A stretch of 64,000 nt of DNA from Hyphomicrobiales bacterium (GCA_027483945.1 JAIXTM010000003.1:55873-119872), one strand, 5' to 3'. Shown: positions 26,933-37,000, numbered from the stretch's first letter. The notes: generated by a model not told the origin, from the sequence alone. A program made the numbers and translations.

Positions 26933-28522
26933 TCAGTGGCGGAAATGGCGGTGGCCGGTCATGACCATGGCGAGGCCCGCCTCGTCGGCCGCCTTGATGA
27001 CCTCGTCGTCGCGCATGGAGCCGCCGGGCTGGATCACCGCCGTGGCGCCGGCTTCCGCCGCCGCGAGGAGCCCGTCGGCGAAGGGGAAGAAGGCATCGGA
27101 GGCGACGACCGAGCCCTTGGCGAGCGTCCCGGGCAGGCCGGCGGCCTTCGCGGCTTCCGCCGCCTTCCAGGCGGCGATGCGCGAGGAATCGACCCGGCTC
27201 ATCTGGCCCGCGCCGATCCCGACCGTGGCCCCGTCCTTCGCGTAGACGATGGCGTTCGACTTCACGTGCTTGGCGACGCGGAACGCGAAGGTGAGGTCCG
27301 CCAGCTCCGCCGGCGTCGGGGCGCGCTTCGTCACCACTTTCAGGTCCATGTCGTCGACGACCGCGTTGTCCCGGCCCTGGGCGAGGAAGCCGCCCGCCAC
27401 GGTGCGGATCGTCAGGCCCGGCTGGCGCGGATCGGGCAGCCCGCCGGTGACGAGCAGGCGCAGGTTCTTCTTGGCCGCGACGATGGCGGCGGCCTCCTCC
27501 GTGGCGTCGGGGGCGATGATCACCTCGGTGAAGATCTCCACGATCTTCCGCGCCGCTTCCGCGTCGAGCGTGCGGTTGAGCGCCACGATGCCGCCGAAGG
27601 CCGAGACGGGATCGCAGCGCAGGGCCATCTCGTAGGCCTCGACCAGCGTCTGCCCGACGGCGACGCCGCAGGGATTGGCGTGCTTGATGATCGCGACCGC
27701 CGGGTGCAGCGGATCGAACTCGGCGACCAGCTCGAAGGCGGCGTCGGTGTCGTTGATGTTATTGTAGGAAAGCTGCTTGCCCTGGAGCTGGCGCGCGGTC
27801 GCGACGCCGGGCCGGCTCTCGGCCGTGCGGTAGAAGCCCGCGCTCTGGTGCGGGTTCTCGCCGTAGCGCAGCGGCTCGCCGACGACGCCGCCGACCGCGC
27901 GGTAGGTCGGCGCGGCCTCGCCGATGGCATGGGCGAACCAGTTGGAGATCGCGGCGTCGTAGGCGGCGGTTCGGGCATAGGCCTTCTGCGCCAGGCGCTT
28001 GCGCAGGGTGAGCGTCACCGAGCCGGCATGGGCCTCGAGATCCGACAGGACCGCGGCGTAATCGGCGACGTCCACGACGACGGCGACGTCGTGATGGTTC
28101 TTGGCGGCGGCGCGGATCATGGCCGGCCCGCCGATATCGATGTTCTCGATGCAATCGTCGTAGGGCGCGCCGCGGGCGATCGTCGCCTCGAACGGGTAGA
28201 GGTTGACGACGAGCAGGTCGATGGCGCCGATGCCGTGGGCCGCCATCGCCGCCTGATGCTCCGGATGGGAGCGGATGGCGAGGAGCCCGCCATGGACCGC
28301 CGGGTGCAGCGTCTTGACCCGCCCGTCCATCATCTCGGGAAAGCCCGTCAGTTCCGACACGTCCTTCACCGCAAGGCCCGCCTCGGCGATGGCCTTGGCC
28401 GTGCCGCCGGTCGAGACCAGCTCGACGCCGTGCGCCGCGAGCGCCCGGGCGAAATCGATGAGCCCGGTCTTGTCGGAGACGGACAGGAGGGCGCGGGTGA
28501 CGCGGCGAAGTTCGCTCGGCAT
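26933..28522 (-). CDS. purH: bifunctional AICAR transformylase / IMP cyclohydrolase
   Basis: ORF 26933..28522. [19 protein letters not shown]...VSTGGTAK (MGS-like domain) and a C-terminus ending ...[32 protein letters not shown]. Confidence 0.95.
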   Translation of the reverse strand: MPSELRRVTRALLSVSDKTGLIDFARALAAHGVELVSTGGTAKAIAEAGLAVKDVSELTGFPEMMDGRVKTLHPAVHGGLLAIRSHPEHQAAMAAHGIGAIDLLVVNLYPFEATIARGAPYDDCIENIDIGGPAMIRAAAKNHHDVAVVVDVADYAAVLSDLEAHAGSVTLTLRKRLAQKAYARTAAYDAAISNWFAHAIGEAAPTYRAVGGVVGEPLRYGENPHQSAGFYRTAESRPGVATARQLQGKQLSYNNINDTDAAFELVAEFDPLHPAVAIIKHANPCGVAVGQTLVEAYEMALRCDPVSAFGGIVALNRTLDAEAARKIVEIFTEVIIAPDATEEAAAIVAAKKNLRLLVTGGLPDPRQPGLTIRTVAGGFLAQGRDNAVVDDMDLKVVTKRAPTPAELADLTFAFRVAKHVKSNAIVYAKDGATVGIGAGQMSRVDSSRIAAWKAAEAAKAAGLPGTLAKGSVVASDAFFPFADGLLAAAEAGATAVIQPGGSMRDDEVIKAADEAGLAMVMTGHRHFRH

Positions 28523-28599
28523 GGGCGGATCCGGATTGTGCGGCGCGGCAAGGGTGGCGCGCGCTTAGCACGGATCGGCCGGGGGGCAAATCGGGCCGC

Positions 28600-30402
28600 T
28601 CAGGGTTCCTGCGGCGTGTCCCCAGCCTTGGCCGGCGTTCCGGTCGGCGCGAAGAGATCGGGCTCGCGGGCCTCCGCGCGGCCGGGGCGATGGCTCACAT
28701 GGCCGAGCCGCGAGAACGACCAGCGCACGCGCGTCCCCGTCGCCGCCGTGAGCGGCAGGACGATCTGCTCGGTGCGACGGATGCCGTCCGTCGCGGCGAA
28801 GAACACGCTGTCCTCGATGGCGATGACCGGAGCGTCGGTCTCGAAGCTCCAGGCCTCGCCGTTGCCGAGGACGAGCATGACGGTGCGCCCGTCGCCGACG
28901 CGGCTCGCCTTCACGGACGGATGGAGATGGAAGCGGATCGCGGCCTCGACCTCGCTGGACGGCCCTTCGCCGATCAGCGAGTCGCGCCCGTCGAGCCGGT
29001 CGCCGGACGGGGCGAGCCTCAGCGACCGCTCATGCGCGAGGCCGAACGGCCGGACATAGCCGTCATGGTTGGCGGTCAGCTCGATGGCGCCTTCGCGGGA
29101 GGCGCGGCGCTCCACCCGGACATCGGTGGGTCCCTCGGCGATGAAGGGGCCGCCCTCGCCCGCGCCGAGCGGCGCGGCGAAGCGGCTGGACGAGATGTCG
29201 CCGATGGCGAGCGTCGAATGCGCCGCGGTGACGCGGGCGAGGCGGCGGTTGGTCGGGCTCGCGCCGCGCGGGACGCCGCAATTGACGACGATCCGCGCCG
29301 CGCCGGCCGACAGCTCGAAGGCGAGCGTGCCGGCATGGGCTTCCCGCGACAGCGCCGGCGGCGGCGGCGTGCCCGTATCCATGACGAGGACGGCAGGCCC
29401 CGCCTCCATCCGCTCGTAGCCGGAATGGGGCGCGTGCTGGATCGGGCTGGCCCGGGCCTCGTCATAGGCGAGCAGCGTCGCGACGAGGTCCGGGAAGGTG
29501 AGGCCCATGCCGTTGAACAAGGCGAGCGAGCCGTCCCCGTGCCGGAACAGCCGCAGCATCGGCATCATGCGGTCGATGGCGCGGTTCAGGCCTGCCGGCG
29601 CCTCCACCGCGCGGGCCGCGAAGGCCTGGCGGAGCGGCAGCAGATCGGTGAGGAGTTCGACCAGCACGGCCGGGCTGCGGCCCACATGCCCGCCATCGGG
29701 AAGGATCTGGCGGTCGAGGCCCGTGTCGAGCGCGCGGGCACCGCGCCGCAGGAAGCGGTCGGCATCCGCCATGCAGAGGCCGGCGAAACACAAGGCGAGC
29801 GCCGCCAGCAATTGCTCCTCGCCGACAAGCGACGGCAGCACGCGCGACAGGTCGGTCGCATCCCGCGCAAGGCCCCGCATGAACCGGCGGTAGAAGACGT
29901 AGTCGGCATCCTTGAGGACGACGCTGGAATGGCTGAGCATGGAGACCAGCCGCCGGGCCGTCACCCGCGCCCGCAGCCGGGGCGCCGACCGGAGCCGCGC
30001 CTGCTGCAGGTAATCGGCCACGAGCGCCCGGGCATTGGCGCTGGCGAGCGCCGTCTCGGCGGCGCGCAGATGCCGCAGCCAAGAGAAGCCGTACAGGACC
30101 TCGGCCCAGGCGATCGTCGGCGGCTCCACGTCGAAGGGGCTGCGCCCGCCCGTGGAGACGACCCGTCCGGCGAAGCCGTAATGGCCGCTATAGATGTCGG
30201 TGGCGACGGTGGGATCGCTGGTCCGCAGGTCCGGCGGCACGATCAGCAGCCGCTCAGGCGCGCGCCCGCCATAGGGACGCACCGCGCCGAGCGCCCGGGC
30301 GAACGAGGCCCGCCCGCGGCGATAGGCTTCGCCCAGGGTCACAGGCGCCAGCCGCCATTGGTCGGCCGCGTTCGTCACTCGTCCATCGCCCCAGGGACCC
30401 AA
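28600..30402 (-). CDS. heparinase II/III-like family protein (cytoplasmic, function unknown here)
   Basis: ORF 28600..30402 (TTG start; an alternative GTG is at 30378). Size and motifs (YGFSWLRHLRAA..., ...LPDGGHVGRSP..., LAFELSAG..RIVVNCG) fit my memory of the heparinase II/III-like proteins found between rsmB and purH in Rhizobiales. There is no signal peptide. Confidence 0.7.
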   Translation of the reverse strand: MGPWGDGRVTNAADQWRLAPVTLGEAYRRGRASFARALGAVRPYGGRAPERLLIVPPDLRTSDPTVATDIYSGHYGFAGRVVSTGGRSPFDVEPPTIAWAEVLYGFSWLRHLRAAETALASANARALVADYLQQARLRSAPRLRARVTARRLVSMLSHSSVVLKDADYVFYRRFMRGLARDATDLSRVLPSLVGEEQLLAALALCFAGLCMADADRFLRRGARALDTGLDRQILPDGGHVGRSPAVLVELLTDLLPLRQAFAARAVEAPAGLNRAIDRMMPMLRLFRHGDGSLALFNGMGLTFPDLVATLLAYDEARASPIQHAPHSGYERMEAGPAVLVMDTGTPPPPALSREAHAGTLAFELSAGAARIVVNCGVPRGASPTNRRLARVTAAHSTLAIGDISSSRFAAPLGAGEGGPFIAEGPTDVRVERRASREGAIELTANHDGYVRPFGLAHERSLRLAPSGDRLDGRDSLIGEGPSSEVEAAIRFHLHPSVKASRVGDGRTVMLVLGNGEAWSFETDAPVIAIEDSVFFAATDGIRRTEQIVLPLTAATGTRVRWSFSRLGHVSHRPGRAEAREPDLFAPTGTPAKAGDTPQEP

Positions 30403-30462
30403 GGTTCCCGCCGCTCCGCGCGGCAGGTCCCATATAAAGCGATCCTTTGCGTTGAGGCTTCA

Positions 30463-31809
30463 TTAATCCTGCCGCCGCAACCGGCAGGCGAAGAACCCGT
30501 CCATCCCGCCGCCGCGCGGCACGTCGGACGGCAGCATGGACGGCAGCGTGCGCAGGTCGCCCGCCGCCGTGATCGCATCTTGAAGCCCGCCGATCTCGTC
30601 CGCCGCGACCGGCTTGCGCCGGAACGCGGGATGCGCCTTGAGGAAACGCGCGACCTGCGCCTCCCCTTCCTCGGGCTCCAGCGAGCAGGTGCAATAGACC
30701 AGCCGCCCGCCGGGCTTCACCAGGCTGGCGGCGTGGTCGAGAAGCCGCGCCTGCAGGCCCGCGAGCTTGGCGATATCGGCCTCGGTCTTCGTCCAGGCGA
30801 CGTCGGGATGCCGGCGCAGCGTGCCGGTTGCCGAGCACGGGGCGTCGAGCAGCACGGCATCCGCCGGCTCGACCGCGAGACCGGCCGCGTCGGCCGCCAG
30901 GATCTCGGCGGTCAGCCCCAGACGCTTCAGATTGGCCTCGACCCGCTCCAGCCGCTTTTCCGAGCGGTCGACCGCCGTCACGGCGGCGCCGGCGGCGGCG
31001 ATTTGCGCGGTCTTGCCGCCCGGCGCGGCGCAGAGGTCGAGCACGCGCTCGCCCGCCTTCGGCGCGAGCAGAACCACGGGCAGCGCCGCGGCGGCGTCCT
31101 GGACCCACCAGGCGCCCTCCTCGAAGCCGGGCAGCGAGGGCACGGCGCCGCGATTCGTCACGCGCAGCGAGCCGGTCGGCAGCAGCACCGCGCCCAGCCT
31201 CTCGGCCCAGCCGGCGGCATCCGCCTTCACCGAGAGGTCGAGCGCAGCGCCCCCGCCATGGGCCTGCGCGATGGCCCGGGCGCGCTCCTCGCCATAGGCC
31301 GCGCGCCATCGTTCGGCGAGCCAGGCGGGCGTGTCGTCGGCAAGGGGGTCGCGCGAAGCGACGATCTCGTCCTTCTCGGCGCTCAGCCGGCGCAGCACGG
31401 CATTGGCGAGCCCGTGATAGGGAGCCGAGCGGTTGTCGTCCCGCGTCAGCCCGACGGCGATGTCGACCGCCGCATGATCCGGCACGTCGAGGTCGAGGAT
31501 CTGTGCGGCGGCCGTCAGGAGGATCGCCTCCAGCGGACCCGACTTCGAGGGCAGCCCCTTGGGCATGCGCTCGGCCAATGCGCGCCGCAGGGAGCCGAGA
31601 TGGCGGAACGTGACGATGGCGATGGCCCGCGCCAGCGCCCCGTCCCGCTCGTCGAGGAAGGCGGCGTCGATGGCCTGATCGAGGCTCTCGTCCAGGGCCG
31701 CTCGGCTTTTCAGGACGTGCTCCACGACCTCGACGGCAAGCCGCCGGACCTTCAGGCCCGGCGGCTCGTTGCGATGGTTCGGCCTGCGCCGCGCTGTCTC
31801 GCTCGCCAC
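30463..31809 (-). CDS. rsmB: 16S rRNA m5C methyltransferase, RsmB/Sun (NOP2 family)
   Basis: ORF 30463..31809. NusB-like N-terminal domain, SAM motif VLDLCAAPGGKT, and catalytic LLDAPCSATG / VYCTCSL cysteines. Confidence 0.8.
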   Translation of the reverse strand: MASETARRRPNHRNEPPGLKVRRLAVEVVEHVLKSRAALDESLDQAIDAAFLDERDGALARAIAIVTFRHLGSLRRALAERMPKGLPSKSGPLEAILLTAAAQILDLDVPDHAAVDIAVGLTRDDNRSAPYHGLANAVLRRLSAEKDEIVASRDPLADDTPAWLAERWRAAYGEERARAIAQAHGGGAALDLSVKADAAGWAERLGAVLLPTGSLRVTNRGAVPSLPGFEEGAWWVQDAAAALPVVLLAPKAGERVLDLCAAPGGKTAQIAAAGAAVTAVDRSEKRLERVEANLKRLGLTAEILAADAAGLAVEPADAVLLDAPCSATGTLRRHPDVAWTKTEADIAKLAGLQARLLDHAASLVKPGGRLVYCTCSLEPEEGEAQVARFLKAHPAFRRKPVAADEIGGLQDAITAAGDLRTLPSMLPSDVPRGGGMDGFFACRLRRQD

Positions 31810-31812
31810 CGA

Positions 31813-32760
31813 TCAGCCCCAGGGCCCGCGGCGCGGGGCGCCCGCGCTGGACCAGGGGCTTGTGGCGGCGCCGGCGGAGAACCCGGCGCGGCTCGACGCC
31901 GGGCCCGGCCCGGCGCCCGTCTGCCGGGCGAAGTCCTCCAATGCCGCGATGCGGTTGGCGGTGGACGGATGGGTCGAGAACAGATTGTCGAACCCGCCCG
32001 CCGTCAGCGGATTGATGATGAAAAGCGGCGCCGTCGCCGGATGGCGCTCCGCATCCTCGTTGGGGATCGCCTGCGCGCCGCGCTCCAGCTTGGCGAGGGC
32101 GGAGGCGAGCCAGAGCGGGTTGCCGCAGATTTCGGCGCCGCTGCGATCGGCCACGTATTCCCGCGAGCGGCTGACCGCGAACTGGATCACCATCGCGGCC
32201 ATCGGCGCCAGCACCGCCATCAGGAGCGTGCCGATGACGCCGAGCCCGCCATTGTTGCGGTTGCCGCCGCCGAAGAGAAGGCCGAACTGCGCGATGGCCG
32301 AGATCGCGCCGGCGATGGTCGCCGAGACCGTCATGGTCAGCGTGTCGCGATGCTTGATATGCGCCAGCTCGTGCGCCATCACGCCGGCCAGTTCCTCGCG
32401 GCTCATCAAGTGGAGAAGCCCGGTCGTGGCGGCGACGGCCGCGTTTTCCGGGTTCCGGCCGGTGGCGAAGGCGTTGGGCTGCGGGTTGTCGATCACGTAG
32501 ACGCGCGGCATGGGCAGGCCGGCGCGCTGCGCCAGCTCACGCACCATGCCGACGAGCTCCGGCGCCGTGCTGTCGTCGACCTCCTGCGCGCCGTGCGCGG
32601 AGAGCGCGAGCTTGTCCGAGTTCCAATAGGCGAAGACATTGGTCACGGCTGCGAAGCCGAGCGCAATGAGCATGCCGCCCTGACCGCCGAGCGCGAAGCC
32701 GACGACGCCGAACAGCGCTGTCAGCGCCGCCAGCAGGAGGCCGGTACGCCAGAAATTCAT
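31813..32760 (-). CDS. htpX: zinc metalloprotease HtpX
   Basis: ORF 31813..32766. I prefer the ATG at 32760 because AAGGAGGG lies 5 nt upstream. HELAH zinc motif and an HtpX-type TM layout. The stop is 3 nt before the rsmB start. Confidence 0.9.
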   Translation of the reverse strand: MNFWRTGLLLAALTALFGVVGFALGGQGGMLIALGFAAVTNVFAYWNSDKLALSAHGAQEVDDSTAPELVGMVRELAQRAGLPMPRVYVIDNPQPNAFATGRNPENAAVAATTGLLHLMSREELAGVMAHELAHIKHRDTLTMTVSATIAGAISAIAQFGLLFGGGNRNNGGLGVIGTLLMAVLAPMAAMVIQFAVSRSREYVADRSGAEICGNPLWLASALAKLERGAQAIPNEDAERHPATAPLFIINPLTAGGFDNLFSTHPSTANRIAALEDFARQTGAGPGPASSRAGFSAGAATSPWSSAGAPRRGPWG

Positions 32761-32883
32761 CGTCACCCTCCTTGGGCCCGCAGATCGCGAACCTTCGCCC
32801 TGCCACAGCCCGCTTCAACGTCCTATATGTGGGGAGGACAGGTCCCGCCGATCAAGGGCGCGGCCGCAGCGACCAGACGCCCG

Positions 32884-33123
32884 ATGAACGACACGACCCT
32901 CCCGAACGATCCATCGCCGTCGGCAACGCCCGCCGGAGATACGACGCAGCCCCGCCCTTTGTCCCCGGCCGCCGAGCGCGCCCTCGCGGAGGCGCGCCAG
33001 CGGCGCGACGCGGCCGCGGCCGAAGCGGCCCGCCCGAAGCCGAAGGAGATCAACGGACGGACAGGCCCCGAGCCGGTGCGCTACGGCGACTGGGAGGTCA
33101 AGGGCATCGCCTCGGACTTCTAG
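32884..33123 (+). CDS. DUF1674 (SDHAF4-like) small protein
   Basis: Last 79 codons of the spurious ORF 28690..33123. The C-terminus EPVRYGDWEVKGIASDF is the DUF1674 signature. An alternative ATG is at 32827. Confidence 0.7.
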   Translation: MNDTTLPNDPSPSATPAGDTTQPRPLSPAAERALAEARQRRDAAAAEAARPKPKEINGRTGPEPVRYGDWEVKGIASDF

Positions 33124-33227
33124 CGCCGATCGATTCTCGAGGCGCCGATACACGCATGACGCGTGTGAACATTTACAACGTGTAGGATCGTATTCACATA
33201 GCGGTCGAGCCGTGCTATGGATTCACC

Positions 33228-33740
33228 ATGCCGGCTTCACGGGTGACCTCCACGGCCCTCCTTCCCGCGCTCGCCCTCGTGGCGGGCGCGGGGTTCGTTT
33301 CCGGCTGGCATGCGCGGGAGTGGGGCGGGACATCGGCACGGGCGGCAGCTCCCGCGGCATCCGCCGCCATCGCCGCGCCCGGAACCTATGCCGCCCGCGT
33401 CCTGCGCATCGTCGACGGCGACACGCTGGAGGCGCAGGTTGCGACCTGGCCGGGCCAGACCGTCGAGGTGAAGGTGCGGCTGCGCGGCATCGATGCGCCC
33501 GAGCTCGACGGCGCCTGCCGGGAGGAGACGGCACGGGCGGACGCGGCGCGCGAGGCCCTGGCGCGGCTGGCGTCGGGTGATGTCGTTCTCAGCGAGGTCG
33601 GACCGGACCGTTATTACGGCCGCGTCGTCGCCCGCGTCGCGGCGAACGGCGTCGATCTCGGGGCCGCGCTGATGGCCGCCGGCCATGCCCGGGCCTATGG
33701 CGGGCGCAAGCGCACCGGCTGGTGCCCCGCCCAAGGCTGA
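33228..33740 (+). CDS. thermonuclease (SNase-like) family protein, exported
   Basis: ORF 33228..33740. Signal/TM segment, then VLRIVDGDTLE...VRLRGIDAPE...ARE SNase motifs. Confidence 0.8.
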   Translation: MPASRVTSTALLPALALVAGAGFVSGWHAREWGGTSARAAAPAASAAIAAPGTYAARVLRIVDGDTLEAQVATWPGQTVEVKVRLRGIDAPELDGACREETARADAAREALARLASGDVVLSEVGPDRYYGRVVARVAANGVDLGAALMAAGHARAYGGRKRTGWCPAQG

Positions 33741-33794
33741 CAAAGCCGGCGCGACGCGCTATCGGCTGGGCAGTCCGTCCCGCGAGCCTTCACC

Positions 33795-35096
33795 ATGTCC
33801 TCTGCCGCCAAGCGTCTGGCCGCCTTCCGCGGTCTTCTGGAAGACGTCCACCGCGCCCTGGCGCTGCGCTTCGGCTTCGAGCTGTGGGACGGCTCGACCG
33901 TTCCCGCCGATCTCGGCGCCGATGCCATGCGCCTCGTCCTCGCCGACGAGGGCGTCGTGGCGAGCCTCGTGCGGCGGCCGACGCTCGACACGGTGCTGAA
34001 CCTGCACGTCGCCGGACGGATCGACCTGAAGAACGGCACGATCTTCGATCTCGCCGCCGTGCGGCCGCAGGGCAAGGTCGGCCGCATGCTGAAGGGCGTC
34101 GGCAAGCTGAAGGCGCTACGGACCCTGGGCGGCTTCCTGACGGCGCCGCGCGGCGACCCGCGCCCGCTCGCCGCCATTCGCGGCGACGAGATCGCCCGCG
34201 ACGGCCGGCCGGAGACCAACAAGGCCAACGTCCACTACCATTACGACGTCTCGAACGCTTTCTACCGCCTCTTCCTCGATGAGGAGATGGTCTATACCTG
34301 CGCCTATTTCGCGGAATGGCACGACGACATCGACAGGGCCCAGCGCGACAAGCTGGACATGATCTGCCGCAAGCTGCGCCTGCAGCCGGGCGATAGGTTC
34401 CTCGATATCGGCTGCGGCTGGGGCGCTCTCGTCTGCCACGCGGCGCAGCATTACGGCGTCATCGCCACCGGCGTCACGCTCGCCGAGGAACAGGCCAAGC
34501 TTGCCCGCGAGAAGATCGCCCGCCTCGGCCTCCAGGACCGCGTGACCATCGTGGAGAAGGACTACATCCAGATGGAGGGCGAATTCGACAAGATCTCGTC
34601 CATCGGCATGTTCGAGCAGGTCGGCATCCGCAACCATCCGGACTATTTCCGCACGGTGCACCGGCTGCTGCGGCCGCGCGGCCTCTATCTGCACCACACG
34701 ATCGCCCGCCGGGCCAAGAAGTCCGACAGGGACTTCGCGAGGCTCAAGCCCGAATACCGGGCGCTAATCCGCTACATCTTTCCCGGCGGCGAGCTCGATC
34801 ACCTGGGCATGTCGGTCTCGAATCTCGAGCGTCACGGCTTCGAGGTCCACGACGTCGAGGCCTGGCGCGAGCATTACCAGCGCACCACGAAGCTGTGGTG
34901 GGAGCGCCTGAACGCCCGCCGCGCCGAGGCCGAAGCCGAGATCGGCCCGGAAAAGACGCGGATGTGGCTGCTCTATCTCGCGGGCTGCTCGCTGGCCTTC
35001 GAGCGCGCCGCCGTCGGCGTCAACCAGACGCTGGCATCCCGGCGCACGCGCGGTCCCTCCGGGCTGCCGCCGTCCCGCGCCGACCTCTACCGCTAG
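33795..35096 (+). CDS. cyclopropane-fatty-acyl-phospholipid synthase family SAM-dependent methyltransferase
   Basis: ORF 33795..35096. HYDVSNAFYRLFLDEEMVYTCAYF...RFLDIGCGWGAL...SIGMFEQVG. Confidence 0.85.
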   Translation: MSSAAKRLAAFRGLLEDVHRALALRFGFELWDGSTVPADLGADAMRLVLADEGVVASLVRRPTLDTVLNLHVAGRIDLKNGTIFDLAAVRPQGKVGRMLKGVGKLKALRTLGGFLTAPRGDPRPLAAIRGDEIARDGRPETNKANVHYHYDVSNAFYRLFLDEEMVYTCAYFAEWHDDIDRAQRDKLDMICRKLRLQPGDRFLDIGCGWGALVCHAAQHYGVIATGVTLAEEQAKLAREKIARLGLQDRVTIVEKDYIQMEGEFDKISSIGMFEQVGIRNHPDYFRTVHRLLRPRGLYLHHTIARRAKKSDRDFARLKPEYRALIRYIFPGGELDHLGMSVSNLERHGFEVHDVEAWREHYQRTTKLWWERLNARRAEAEAEIGPEKTRMWLLYLAGCSLAFERAAVGVNQTLASRRTRGPSGLPPSRADLYR

Positions 35097-35224
35097 GCAG
35101 CCGGGCGTTCCGCCCGGTTCCCACGCATTTTAATCATATGTGCGAGATTGGCTCGCAACGCCCTGCCCCGTCTGGCAGGATCGCCCCGATTTCATGGGGA
35201 GGCCGCTGACGTGGCCGGAGACGG

Positions 35225-35260
35225 AAAAGGGCGCGCCGCGAAGAACGGCGCGCCCTTTTT
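35225..35260. terminator. bidirectional rho-independent terminator between convergent cfa-family and DUF2853 genes
   Basis: AAAA-GGGCGCGCCG-cgaagaa-CGGCGCGCCC-TTTTT. A perfect 10-bp stem flanked by A- and T-runs, so it reads as a terminator on both strands. Confidence 0.75.
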
Positions 35261-35298
35261 CGATGCCTGCCTGCCCGGCGCAGCCGGGCCGATGCGCC

Positions 35299-35616
35299 CT
35301 ACTTGGCGAACATGTCCAGCTTCTTGAAGTGGTCCGCGAGCAGGTAATAGAAGGTCAGCCGCGACTTGGTCCGGTCGGCCTTCATGGTCTCGCAGACCGC
35401 CTTGATCGCGCCGTCGAGGTCACCGCTGGTGAGGCCGAGCTTCTTCTTCAGGAAGTTCTCGCGCACCCGGTCGATCTCCTTGGCGTCGGAGCAGGCGACG
35501 TAGCGGGTGTCGGACTTGCTCAGCACCAGCTTGTAGGTCTTCTCGAGCCCGGCGAGCGCCTTCTCGTTCACGGCGCCCTTGGCGTATTTCTTCACGTCCG
35601 CGAGATGATCGGCCAT
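35299..35616 (-). CDS. DUF2853 family protein
   Basis: ORF 35299..35616. MADHLADVKKYA...DTRYVACSD..E...V..NFLKKKLGL matches my memory of DUF2853. Codon usage looks highly expressed. Confidence 0.7.
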   Translation of the reverse strand: MADHLADVKKYAKGAVNEKALAGLEKTYKLVLSKSDTRYVACSDAKEIDRVRENFLKKKLGLTSGDLDGAIKAVCETMKADRTKSRLTFYYLLADHFKKLDMFAK

Positions 35617-35737
35617 TCCCTGTATCCCCTTGTGCCAAGCGGACGTACCGGCCGTTGCGGGCCGTGCCGCTTCGACGACGAGGCTAGCACCGGCGCGTGA
35701 GTCCGTCAGCCCCCGCCGCGGCGTGAACGGACGCCTG

Positions 35738-36241
35738 TCAGGGCAGGACGATCACCGTGGTTCCCACCCGCACCCGCTCATAGAGATCCACGATGTCCTC
35801 GTTGAGCATGCGGATGCAGCCATAGCTGGCATAGGTGCCGATGGACCGGCGCATCGAGGGGGACGTGCCGTGGATCGCGTACTGGTCGCGGTCGAGCGTC
35901 ATGGCCCGGGCACCCATCGGGTTTGCCGGCGTGCCGCCGGGAATGACGTCCGGCAGTCTTGGATTGTCCCGCTTGACCTCAGCCGGCGGAGACCAGGCGG
36001 GCTCCACATACTTGCCGTCGATCCGGGCGGTGCCGGACCATTGCTTGCCCGGCCTGCCGACCGCGACGCGGTAGCGGATCGCCGACCCGTCGCCGAGCGG
36101 CAGATACAGCGCGCGCTCGCGGTTGCGCACGACGATGGTGCCCGGCTCCAGGTCCGGCGCGGAGACGATCTCCCGCGCCTTCGCGGAAAGCGGCGATGCG
36201 AGCCACGCGGCGAGTGCCGCGAGGACGAGATGTTTCTTCAT
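35738..36241 (-). CDS. L,D-transpeptidase (YkuD domain), exported
   Basis: Internal ATG (MKKHLVLAALAAWLASPLSA signal) of ORF 35738..36280. The catalytic motif is IHGTS...SYGCIRM. Confidence 0.85.
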   Translation of the reverse strand: MKKHLVLAALAAWLASPLSAKAREIVSAPDLEPGTIVVRNRERALYLPLGDGSAIRYRVAVGRPGKQWSGTARIDGKYVEPAWSPPAEVKRDNPRLPDVIPGGTPANPMGARAMTLDRDQYAIHGTSPSMRRSIGTYASYGCIRMLNEDIVDLYERVRVGTTVIVLP

Positions 36242-36339
36242 GACGCCTGCCCGACCAGTTTTCTGGTTCTCAGAACGCACAACGTGCCGTTGCGGTTCTC
36301 ACCGAAGGATTGACGCGCGCGCGCCATCGCCGGGCAGCG

Positions 36340-36927
36340 TTAAGCGCCGGTAAGCGTGCCCCCGTCGGCCTGCGCCGCCAGTGCGGCCAGCACGCGCTCC
36401 GCAGGCGCGACGCGGACCTCGAACTCGTCCGCCGCGAAGGCGGCGAGGCCCGGCGCCCGGCCCGGATGGCAGGGCATCGTCGCGTCGCTGACCATCAGGC
36501 TGTCGAAATCGCGCTCGGCGGCGTCGATGGCCGAGAGGCCGACGCAGCCATCCGTGAACGCGCCGCAATGGACCGCGTGGGTGACGGCCATGTCCCGCAG
36601 CGTCTGCGCCAGCGGCGTGCGCAGATAGGCGCTGTAGCGCGTCTTGGCGATCCGCAGCGTGCCGGGGGGCCAGACGAGCCCTTCAAGGTCCGCCGCGTCC
36701 TCGCTGCCGGCCAGCATGACTGCCGTGCCGTTGCGCCGCATCCGCAGGCTGAAGGTGGAGCCGTCCGGCGCATGTTCGGTCGTCACCGCGATCACCGGAT
36801 GGCCCGCCTGGGCGAAGGCGGCGGCCAGCGCGTTGACGGCCTCCACCAGGCCCTCGCGTCCGGCCGCGTGGCGCTCGTCGCGGAAATAGCCTCTCTGGAG
36901 GTCGATGCAGATCAGGCCCGCGCGCAT
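36340..36927 (-). CDS. isochorismatase-family cysteine hydrolase
   Basis: ORF 36340..36927. LICIDLQRGYF start, K (IAKTRYSAY), and catalytic Cys in GAFTDGCVG. Confidence 0.8.
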   Translation of the reverse strand: MRAGLICIDLQRGYFRDERHAAGREGLVEAVNALAAAFAQAGHPVIAVTTEHAPDGSTFSLRMRRNGTAVMLAGSEDAADLEGLVWPPGTLRIAKTRYSAYLRTPLAQTLRDMAVTHAVHCGAFTDGCVGLSAIDAAERDFDSLMVSDATMPCHPGRAPGLAAFAADEFEVRVAPAERVLAALAAQADGGTLTGA

Positions 36928-36961
36928 GGCTCCGTTCCCGGCGCCCTCGCGGCGCCCGGAA

Positions 36962-37000
36962 GGGAAACCGCCGAACCCGGCCGGAAGTTCTCCGGCCGGG
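36962..37000 (-). terminator. hairpin terminator candidate downstream of acs
   Basis: Perfect 10-bp stem (plus-strand CCCGGCCGGA/TCCGGCCGGG, loop 5 nt). On the minus strand it is followed by TTCGGCGGTTTCC, a weak U-tract. Confidence 0.45.

Noticed and set aside
28690-32883. The first ~1400 codons of the 1477-aa plus-strand ORF 28690..33123.
   Set aside because: It runs antisense through the heparinase-like, rsmB and htpX genes, all of which have clear motifs. It is Arg/Gly/Ala-rich junk. Only the last 79 codons (the DUF1674 signature RYGDWEVKGIASDF) look real.
33164-33198. A possible CRP/FNR-type (TGTGA...TCACA) or alphaproteobacterial LexA (GAAC-N7-GAAC) box upstream of the thermonuclease gene.
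   Set aside because: The half-site spacing is 23 nt rather than about 6. The sequence after GAAC-N7 is ACGT, not GAAC. So neither consensus is met. It is kept only as a generic inverted repeat in the findings.
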